Assembly (NCBI GenBank): GCA_030699205.1
Contig: JAUYJY010000058.1
Coordinates: 1 to 43,027, forward strand
Direction: 5' to 3'
DNA: 43,027 bases
Source of the DNA: Candidatus Pacearchaeota archaeon
GTDB lineage: Archaea; Nanobdellota; Nanobdellia; Pacearchaeales; GW2011-AR1
Positions within the stretch are counted from its first letter, which is position 1; each line of letters begins with the position of its first letter. The notes under the pieces were generated by a model. That model was given only the letters and a program-made list of their open reading frames with translations, was not told the origin of the DNA and ran no database searches. The position numbers and the translations under genes were made by a program. This document shows positions 9,570 to 17,189 of the stretch, piece after piece.

Positions 9570-11531
9570 ATGAGCACTCAAAAAAAAATCTTTGGCCTCC
9601 TAGGACTTTTCACATTACTTGTTGTTTCCTTAATTGGATTTGTTAGCGCAGCAAGCTTAACTATATTTAATCAAATTATTCCATCAAATATAAGTCAGAG
9701 TGCAACATCATTTCAAATTACTTTTGATTTAAAAAACACGGGATTAACAGCGGCAAACCTTAGTTGGAATGGTTCAATGCTGACATCTGGAATAGGTTCA
9801 ATAGACACATCTCAATTGCCTCTTTTCATAGGGAACGGAACACAATCAGTCCCAACAACACTATCAAATCAAATTGTAACCGTTAATATTAACGCTCTAC
9901 AAACAGGAAATATTGCAGGTATAATTGAGGTAGATCCAAGCGGGAGTGGTGATAATAGGAATTTTAGTTTTTCAGTTCCAATAATAACCCCCCAATCCCC
10001 TCTACAAATAACCACCCCCACAACAGAAATATTAGCAGGACAAAACACATCAATAATAGTAACAAACACAGGAAGCACAACCTTACCTGTAATACTTTCT
10101 GAAGTGAGCAATTTCGGTATTGTCTTCAATCCCCAAACATTTTCTCTTGCAGGTTCTGCACAGCAAACCATTAATGTAATAATGGATGCGTTAAACACAT
10201 TTAATTTTGGATTTAATAACGTCGTCGTCAAAGCAACATCCGGAACAATAACAACAGAAGAAACCTTCCAGGTTAAGAAATCCTTCTGTGATTTCGGACA
10301 GGTTGGAACAAATCTTTCTATAAGTAAAATAGATGTTCAAAACAATGGAAACGGAGAAGACCATAAATGGGAGTTGCTAGACGAAATAGAAGTTGAAGTT
10401 GAAGTTGAAAATCACAATCAAGATGATGATTTAGATGTTGTAATTGAGCTCGCATTATTTGATTCTGCGGGAAGAAATATTGCAGATGATTTAAACTACT
10501 TATCCGACTCCGATGGGGATGAAGAGAAAATTGAGTTAAATATTAACGATGGAGATGAAGAAAAGAGATTCTTCAGATTTAGAGTTCCTGCTGACTTTGA
10601 TGACGGCAATTATAAACTCGCAGTAAAAGTTTATAATGATGAAGATGGAGAAGACGTAGATTGCAGAGAAACAAGCGGAAATGATTTGAACAGAGGATTT
10701 TATCAGGAAATTGATATAGATAGAATAACAGAAAAAGATAGAATGGTTATTGTGGACGACATAGAAATAGATTCTCAAGCATCCTGCGGCGATATAGTAA
10801 CTGGAGAATTTACCGTCTTTAATATCGGAAACAGAGACCAGGACAGAGTAAAGGTTTTGATGAGAAACACGGCATTAAATTTAGACCAGGAATTTGAAAT
10901 TACTAATTTAGACGAAGGAGAAGAAGAAACAATTCAATTTAGATTTAATGTCCCCCTAAATACTGCAAATGGAAACCATAGGATAGATTTCAGAACGCTT
11001 TATGAATATGACGATGGAATTTATGAAGAAGAATCAGAAGATACATTTATTACAACGTTGGAAATTCTTGGATGCACAGGAACAACTACTCTTGGAGACA
11101 ATCCTTCAGGAAGTGCATTAATCACAGCGGCATTAACTTCAAGTGCTAAAGCAGGTCAGGAAATGACAGTTGATGCAACAATCACAAACATCGGCACAGA
11201 AACAGCAGTATATAGTGTAAGCGTCACAGGATTTTCAAATTGGGCTTCACTTTCCTCAATTTCAGAACCTTCATTTACTCTAAATCCCGGACAAAGCAAG
11301 ACAGTCGCGTTTGCATTTAATATAAACAAAGATTCAAAAGGCACACAGATTTTCACAATCCAAACAACTTCTGGAGATAAAATAGAAACCCAAGAAGTAG
11401 AAATTAATATTGAATCTTCTAAATTTGAATTTAGTTTTAGTGATAATACATGGATATGGATAATTGCAGCAATCAACATAATCCTAATAGTTTTGATTAT
11501 TGTAGTCGCAGTAAGACTCTCCAGAAGATAA
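9570..11531 (+). CDS. Exported S-layer-like protein with Ig/CARDB-type repeats and C-terminal TM anchor
   Basis: Signal peptide from ATG 9570; many NxS/T sequons; repeated VxNxG beta domains; C-terminal TM then RLSRR. Confidence 0.8.
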   Translation: MSTQKKIFGLLGLFTLLVVSLIGFVSAASLTIFNQIIPSNISQSATSFQITFDLKNTGLTAANLSWNGSMLTSGIGSIDTSQLPLFIGNGTQSVPTTLSNQIVTVNINALQTGNIAGIIEVDPSGSGDNRNFSFSVPIITPQSPLQITTPTTEILAGQNTSIIVTNTGSTTLPVILSEVSNFGIVFNPQTFSLAGSAQQTINVIMDALNTFNFGFNNVVVKATSGTITTEETFQVKKSFCDFGQVGTNLSISKIDVQNNGNGEDHKWELLDEIEVEVEVENHNQDDDLDVVIELALFDSAGRNIADDLNYLSDSDGDEEKIELNINDGDEEKRFFRFRVPADFDDGNYKLAVKVYNDEDGEDVDCRETSGNDLNRGFYQEIDIDRITEKDRMVIVDDIEIDSQASCGDIVTGEFTVFNIGNRDQDRVKVLMRNTALNLDQEFEITNLDEGEEETIQFRFNVPLNTANGNHRIDFRTLYEYDDGIYEEESEDTFITTLEILGCTGTTTLGDNPSGSALITAALTSSAKAGQEMTVDATITNIGTETAVYSVSVTGFSNWASLSSISEPSFTLNPGQSKTVAFAFNINKDSKGTQIFTIQTTSGDKIETQEVEINIESSKFEFSFSDNTWIWIIAAINIILIVLIIVVAVRLSRR

Positions 11532-11591
11532 GTCTATAATTCATCTATTTTTCTTCTGTAATGCGTTCTAATCTTTTTGTTTACATTATCA

Positions 11592-11750
11592 AAAAGTCCT
11601 TCCCCATTTTATTTTAGGACTTTTAGATGCACGAGAAATCTTTTATGGATTTCTCTGCACAGAGAATTGCAAGAGTAAGCAATTCTCTTGTGCTCGAAGT
11701 TGCATTCATCCCAGCTCTGAAGGGCAAGGTTTTCTGCATCAGCAACTTTG
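11592..11750. repeat. Multi-hairpin intergenic structure including a degenerate IS200/IS605-end-like motif
   Basis: Stems aaaagtcct/aggactttt, gagaaatc/gatttctc, gagaattgc/gcaattctc, aagttgc/gcaactt; gcattcatcccagctctgaagggcaaggttttctgc. Confidence 0.45.
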
Positions 11751-11781
11751 ACATTAGAAAAATAACTTGATGGTTTAGAAT

Positions 11782-11874
11782 TATAGTCTAAGACATTTAT
11801 AATTGAGCAGTATTTGTCTTAGACTATTAGCGGAAGAACAAAAAACTGTTCAAAATATTTTGTCTTCTGCTATA
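11782..11874 (+). mobile_element. 93-bp TA-flanked twin-hairpin element
   Basis: tatagtctaagaca...tgtcttagactattagcggaag...cttctgctata; one loop substitution (ttgagcagt). Confidence 0.88.
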
Positions 11875-11939
11875 TCTCACTCCGGAATAATCTCGTTGAA
11901 TAAAAGAACATTTTTAACCTCTTTTATATTTGTTAATAA

Positions 11940-12494
11940 ATGAATAAAAAGACAATCAACTCTGTTTTCTTTAGATATATTCTTCTCGTTGTTTTGGGTA
12001 TTCCTAATTTATTTATTTTTTATTTCATATTAACCCCCTTAACTTTCTATCCCTCATATTTCTTCATAAAATTAATCTATGGTGCCCAAATTATTGCAGA
12101 AAACACAATATTCTTTAAAGGATATTCTGCAATAATAATCCCTGCCTGCATTGCAGGCTCTGCATATTATCTTCTTACAATATTAAACTTAACAACCCCC
12201 TTAAATTTTAAAACCCGCATTAAGAGTCTAATTTTTTTAATCTTATCTTTTTTAATTCTAAATATAATCAGAATTGTTTTTTTCTCCGCACTCTTTGTAA
12301 ATAAAGGATATGACTACTTCAATGTTACTCATATAGCGACTTGGTATTTCGGAAGCACAATATTAGTTATTTTAATATGGTTTGCAAACGTTTTCATATT
12401 TAAAATAAAATCAATTCCAGTATATTCCGATTTTAAGAACCTATCAAATAGTTTATTAAACAAACATTCTAAAAAATATATGGAGAAAAAGTAA
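11940..12494 (+). CDS. Archaeosortase/exosortase-family protein (pacearchaeosortase-like)
   Basis: Multi-TM with candidate catalytic Cys (IPACIAG), Arg (LNIIRI) and His (THIATW). Confidence 0.8.
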   Translation: MNKKTINSVFFRYILLVVLGIPNLFIFYFILTPLTFYPSYFFIKLIYGAQIIAENTIFFKGYSAIIIPACIAGSAYYLLTILNLTTPLNFKTRIKSLIFLILSFLILNIIRIVFFSALFVNKGYDYFNVTHIATWYFGSTILVILIWFANVFIFKIKSIPVYSDFKNLSNSLLNKHSKKYMEKK

Positions 12495-13160
12495 ATGTAT
12501 AATTTAATCCCTCAAATAATTGAATCCCTCGTTAGTTTAATTGGCTCATTAGGGTATTTCGGAATTTTCATCGGGATGTTAATAGAAAGCTCTTTTTTTC
12601 CTTTTCCAAGCGAAATAATTCTTCCTCCTGCAGGAGTTTTAATCGCCAGAGGAGATTTATCCCTTTCAATTGTATTTTTAATTGCCATAGCGGGCAGTCT
12701 TGCAGGTGCTTTTATAAATTATTTCATCGCCCTTCATCTTGGAAGAAGAGTCATTAATAGATTAATGAATAAATATGGAAAAATATTATTCCTAAACTCA
12801 GAACATTTAGATAAATCAGAAAAGTATTTCAAAAAGCATGGCGAAATAACAACATTCACCGGCAGATTAATCCCAGGAGTAAGGCAAATAATCTCCCTTC
12901 CAGCAGGATTTGCAAAAATGAATCTTTTTAGGTTTTCAATATTCACGATGATTGGCTCAGGAATATGGTCAATAATCCTAATTTACATTGGAATTGCATA
13001 CGGAAACAATCAAGAAGCAATAAAACCCCTCCTAAATTCAATAACTCTAATTGTTTTGTTTATTCTATTAATAATAGTTATTTCCTATATAATTATAATG
13101 AAGAAAAAAAAGCAAAACAGCAGAGATAAAACATCTCCTCAGATATCCATTACACTTTAA
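12495..13160 (+). CDS. DedA family membrane protein
   Basis: IESSFFPFPSEIILPPAG, FTGRLIPGVRQIISLPAG. Confidence 0.93.
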   Translation: MYNLIPQIIESLVSLIGSLGYFGIFIGMLIESSFFPFPSEIILPPAGVLIARGDLSLSIVFLIAIAGSLAGAFINYFIALHLGRRVINRLMNKYGKILFLNSEHLDKSEKYFKKHGEITTFTGRLIPGVRQIISLPAGFAKMNLFRFSIFTMIGSGIWSIILIYIGIAYGNNQEAIKPLLNSITLIVLFILLIIVISYIIIMKKKKQNSRDKTSPQISITL

Positions 13161-13327
13161 ACAAATGTTACTTTATCTGTCTGCCTTTCCACATCTGACT
13201 TTCTTTGAATTACTCTATGTATTCCTCCATTGCTGAGTTGTAGATTTCTTTAATAAACAATTAGTGATTAGTGGAAAACAGACAAAAACTCTCACACCAA
13301 CCCAATATTATTAAAACATATAATTAA

Positions 13328-13420
13328 TATAGCAGAAGACAAAATATTTTGAACAGTTTTTTGTTCTTCCGCTAATAGTCTAAGACAAATACTGTTCAAT
13401 TATAAATGTCTTAGACTATA
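13328..13420 (-). mobile_element. 93-bp TA-flanked twin-hairpin element, reverse orientation
   Basis: Reverse complement of the copy at 14984-15076. Confidence 0.88.
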
Positions 13421-13564
13421 GAAGTTATTGTTAAAGGGTTTTGATACAAGTCATGTTTAGGTGATTTGGTATTTGATTTATTGGGTGATATTCATAATTA
13501 AACCCTAACCCACAATATTCATCAACAAAATTAAAATCATTTAATGTTACATAAAAAATCAACT

Positions 13565-14230
13565 TTATGTATTTGCCTGTGTTGCATCTACAACTATCTG
13601 CAATTCAAGTCTTTCCACAGCTTCTAAAATCTGACAGCTTGAAACCTGTATTTTATAACATTTTCCATTCAAGTCTATTCTTGTCTCGTTTCCCTCGGAT
13701 ATTTCAATTACAATGTTTCCAGGTCTGTTCTCGCAAGTAACCCATTCTTGTCGTTTATATCCTGCATCCCAGAAATTAAGATTTCCCCCCAAAACACTAA
13801 GTTGATTATCACTCAAAAAACTCGATAGGCTTGCAATTGCTAAAGGTCCCTGTTTGCACTGATCAATGCCTTTAGGGTCTACGGAAATAAACACAGCACT
13901 CTTTCTATCAAATGCAGTTCCTTCTCCCTCAATGGGGATTTTATCCAATTCCCTTGGATCATTTCTCAAATAAAAATTATATTTTATAAGCTTCCCATCC
14001 AATCCTTTCAGAAAATAAAAATGGTGAAATATTGGGATATTTCCAAGTTTCTCCTCTGTAAATTTAACTCCATTATACTCAAAATTATTTAAGCTCTTGA
14101 AAAAAACCCCTGCGATAACAAACACAACTGCTAAAAAAACTATAAACAATAAAATTCCTAAAAGTTCCTTCTCAAGCTTTCTTTCTTTCGCAGGCTTCTT
14201 CTCCACTTTTTTTACTTTATTTTTAATCAT
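13565..14230 (-). CDS. Membrane-anchored exported hypothetical protein
   Basis: Basic N-terminus, one TM, extracellular domain with 4 Cys. Confidence 0.8.
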   Translation of the reverse strand: MIKNKVKKVEKKPAKERKLEKELLGILLFIVFLAVVFVIAGVFFKSLNNFEYNGVKFTEEKLGNIPIFHHFYFLKGLDGKLIKYNFYLRNDPRELDKIPIEGEGTAFDRKSAVFISVDPKGIDQCKQGPLAIASLSSFLSDNQLSVLGGNLNFWDAGYKRQEWVTCENRPGNIVIEISEGNETRIDLNGKCYKIQVSSCQILEAVERLELQIVVDATQANT

Positions 14231-14266
14231 TTTAATAAAATCTATTAATTTCCTTAGTTTTTAAAA

Positions 14267-14812
14267 TTAATTGAAGCCCAAAACCTTATACAAAAATGCA
14301 TCAACTATTCTTAAATCTCCCTCTATAAATATGCAATTTTCATTTTGAGTAACTTTATTCATCCCTGAGTCCCTCCATATAATCATATTTTCTTCACAAG
14401 TTTTTTCAGGTAAATCTCTCTCGCACTCCCCATAACACGCTTCCTGAATTCTTCCCGCAAACCTGCCTAAATTATTTGCCAATTCTGTTAAAACCGCAGA
14501 ATTTTCCGCATCAATATACAAATTCTTTCCGGAATAACTAGACAAACTCTTTGTAAAATTCAAATCACCCATTTCGGTCTCGCCTATGCTGTAAGTAAAA
14601 TAATAATTTTGCCCCCCAAATGGGTAAATCCAATATTGCCCGTCATAATATGGCTCTTCCCCGTTTTCCTGCCCTGCATTTCCCTCCGAAAGCCCGTTTA
14701 AAGCAAAACCCGCAGTGCTAAAAACCAACAAAGCTATCAAAATAATTCCCACAATAAGCTTCTTTTTCTTTTCAGATTTTTCAATTTCATCAGGACTTTT
14801 TAATCTTCTCAT
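14267..14812 (-). CDS. Membrane-anchored exported hypothetical protein
   Basis: TM LIVGIILIALLVFSTAGFAL; Cys-containing C-terminus resembling the neighbouring gene (KTCE...NCIFIEG vs VTCE...KCYKIQV). Confidence 0.8.
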   Translation of the reverse strand: MRRLKSPDEIEKSEKKKKLIVGIILIALLVFSTAGFALNGLSEGNAGQENGEEPYYDGQYWIYPFGGQNYYFTYSIGETEMGDLNFTKSLSSYSGKNLYIDAENSAVLTELANNLGRFAGRIQEACYGECERDLPEKTCEENMIIWRDSGMNKVTQNENCIFIEGDLRIVDAFLYKVLGFN

Positions 14813-14942
14813 TCAAATATATGCAATTCTCAATTTAAAAATGTTTTTCATAACCTTAGAGATTAGTTTAAGGATAACTAACACATTTAATTTTAATATG
14901 CATCCAATAGACAATAAAAACTTACATCTTTCAATGTTATGC

Positions 14943-15117
14943 TATAGGCAAGGCATTTAATTTCCGTATAGTTATGCCTTGAATATAGTCTAAGACATTT
15001 ATAATTGAACAGTATTTGTCTTAGACTATTAGCGGAAGAACAAAAAACTGTTCAAAATATTTTGTCTTCTGCTATAGATAGGAATAGTAAATACGATTAG
15101 TTAATGCTTCTGCTATA
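14943..15117. repeat. Degenerate tatag...ctata hairpin element apparently split by the 93-bp copy
   Basis: Left part tataggcaaggcat...atgccttg (14943-14983); right part ends in a second cttctgctata (15107-15117). Confidence 0.45.
14984..15076 (+). mobile_element. 93-bp TA-flanked twin-hairpin element (consensus copy)
   Basis: tatagtctaagacatttataattgaacagtatttgtcttagactattagcggaagaacaaaaaactgttcaaaatattttgtcttctgctata. Confidence 0.88.
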
Positions 15118-15604
15118 TATTTTCTCCAAATTGAAAAGAAAGCGCGTTATACTCTTTTGTGTCATAAACACAAACTCCCTTATCATTCCACAAGACAAAT
15201 TCTGCTATTCCAACATCAAGAGCCATTTTACTGCAAATAGTGCAATATGGTTCTCCAGCTCTTGAAGGTGTTCCATTATCATCAAGACGGATAAAATACA
15301 ATCTTGAGCCAGATAATTTATTAGGATTTTTTCTAAGAGCATCTATTATGGCTCTTTGTTCAGCATGAACACAACAAGTTTTATCCGTCACTTTTTTATG
15401 ATAAGAATCTTTAGAATAGGAACACCTTCTTTGCTCTTCATTGTCTTGTGGCGGACTATTAAAGCCACTGCCAATAATTTCATCTAACTGAACAATTACA
15501 GAACCACATTTTGATCTTTTACAAGTTGCGTTCTGTGCAACTTCAGTGGCTTTAGCAATATATTCAAGCGCTTTCTTTTCTTCATTTCCAGATAAGTATC
15601 TCAT
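15113..15604 (-). CDS. Zn-dependent dCMP/cytidine deaminase-family protein
   Basis: CVHAEQRAI and PYCTIC motifs; GSGFN. Confidence 0.88.
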   Translation of the reverse strand: MRYLSGNEEKKALEYIAKATEVAQNATCKRSKCGSVIVQLDEIIGSGFNSPPQDNEEQRRCSYSKDSYHKKVTDKTCCVHAEQRAIIDALRKNPNKLSGSRLYFIRLDDNGTPSRAGEPYCTICSKMALDVGIAEFVLWNDKGVCVYDTKEYNALSFQFGENI

Positions 15605-15656
15605 AGGATTATAGAAATAAGTATTTATATATAAAGTTTAAGGGGGGAATTTAATT

Positions 15657-15938
15657 GCGTATAACATCAGGATTTAGAGAAGTTTTTGCGACAGCAAAAA
15701 TTTGGGTGTAGTGAGGTGCAACCGAACGAAACCTCTAAATTCTTCAGCCCGTCCAGTAATTCTTTTTAAAAACATGTCGGATGTCATCTCCAAAATAGTC
15801 TGGTTTCATTAATACATTCTTGTCATCAACAAATTTTTATTTGTCAAATAAGATTTCATCACTCAAATTTTATGATTGCTCAAAAGTCTTCTATTTAAGC
15901 CATTTTTGAATTATGGGGCAACCTCCTCAGTTATACGC
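15657..15938 (+). repeat. attC-like imperfect palindrome A, interrupted by a 183-bp insert
   Basis: gcgtataac...tttagag (from 15657) pairs with ctctaaa...cag (15747) and ttatacgc (15931-15938); homologous to 16867-16957. Confidence 0.45.
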
Positions 15939-16114
15939 CCCGACGACTGAAAGGAGGAGAGCACAGCGTGGTCGGAGCGAAGCAGATTGAGTTCAAAGAA
16001 TATTTTTTGTTCTCATTCATCTGATAGGCTTTTTTCAATTCTTATAAATTTGATTTTTTCTCGTTTTGAAAAATGAAGGAGGGGTTAGGGGTGAATTTCG
16101 TTTTTCAAAACACT

Positions 16115-16711
16115 TTATATTTTTTCTGGGTTAAGTTCCTCAAATTGATTTTTTGAATATATCCCAACTCCTCTCAATTTTTTTTCTTCCAAAGTACTGG
16201 TTGTGTATAATGTAACGTGTGGAAAAGGAGTTTCAAATTGTTTACCTAACAATCTGTTTAATTTTTCATAAAATTTATCTATCTTATCTATTTCGGCTAT
16301 TTGGATGATAGATTTACGTTTTTCTGGTTTTTCTTTCTGCAAATTAGTTGAATCCGAAGAGTTGTCATAGCTTTTTTCCAAAAAATAAAATTCTTGCTTC
16401 AAAGTCACATTCCATTCAAATAATTCAAATAATTCACATATCTGATCTAAGATTTTATCTTTTTCGTCCTCGGCTAATAATTCAAGTGATTTTAAAATTT
16501 CTTCTCCAGTGTCACTACCAATTATTGTAATGTGAAATTCATCTTTTTTTGATAAGTCATGCTGTTTTGCATCATTTTTTTTAGACTCTAAGTCAACCGC
16601 ATTTTTGTCAATATTTAATATAGCAGTTGCTGTTTCAGTATAGAATTTTATTTCTACTGGTAAATTTTCAGACTCACTTTTATATGACTCGTTTTTATTT
16701 ATTGACTCCAT
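16115..16711 (-). CDS. 2H phosphoesterase superfamily protein
   Basis: Two HxT motifs, EFHITIIG and FPHVTLYT, about 105 aa apart. Confidence 0.7.
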   Translation of the reverse strand: MESINKNESYKSESENLPVEIKFYTETATAILNIDKNAVDLESKKNDAKQHDLSKKDEFHITIIGSDTGEEILKSLELLAEDEKDKILDQICELFELFEWNVTLKQEFYFLEKSYDNSSDSTNLQKEKPEKRKSIIQIAEIDKIDKFYEKLNRLLGKQFETPFPHVTLYTTSTLEEKKLRGVGIYSKNQFEELNPEKI

Positions 16712-16866
16712 ATTTTAAAGTTATAATTTAAAATTTATAAATAATTCGTTTTCGTAACGTGGTGGAGAAAACACAATATTATCTCCCCATAATAAAAGAA
16801 AAAACAAATTTATTCCCCCTTGAAAGTCTGTTATCATTTTACATCAAGAAAAATATTTTTTGAATT

Positions 16867-16957
16867 GCGTATAACTTTCACAATTGAGAGAAGTTCGCGA
16901 AGCGAATTTTAGTGGAATGACTGCAAGGTAATGGAACCTCTTAATCTGCTGTTCTAT
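16867..16957 (+). repeat. attC-like imperfect palindrome B (91 bp)
   Basis: gcgtataac-N7-attgagag...ctcttaat-N5-gttctat with inner hairpin aagttcgcgaagcgaatttt. Confidence 0.5.
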
Positions 16958-17142
16958 TCTTCCTTTAGCAACAGGGAATAACTGCAAGTGGTTTTAACAA
17001 ACATCCAAAGGACAAGAAGGGAAAGTTTGTTAAAAATTCCTAAGAGTTTCCCGCACTAATTTGGTTAATGATAAGATATTATATTGCGGGAAATTGCCTA
17101 TCAAAGATTTCAATTAAAATCGCAAAGAAACATCTAAGAGGT

Positions 17143-17180
17143 AAAGAAAAAAAGAAAAAATAAAAAAGAAAAAATAAAAC
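17143..17180 (-). terminator. Probable oligo-T terminator of the S-layer gene
   Basis: Several T5-7 runs on the minus strand just after the stop at 17190. Confidence 0.5.
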
Positions 17181-17189
17181 AATTTTGAT

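Noticed and set aside
13175..13285. Long-range inverted repeat (tgtctg...tttccac / gtggaaaacagaca), plus isolated hairpins at 16992-17035 and 27438-27482
   Set aside because: Real stems but single-copy and without the tatag/ctata frame; cannot be assigned
15113..15604. Anti-phage dCTP deaminase system
   Set aside because: Stand-alone 163-aa domain without the kinase-like domain of described defence deaminases
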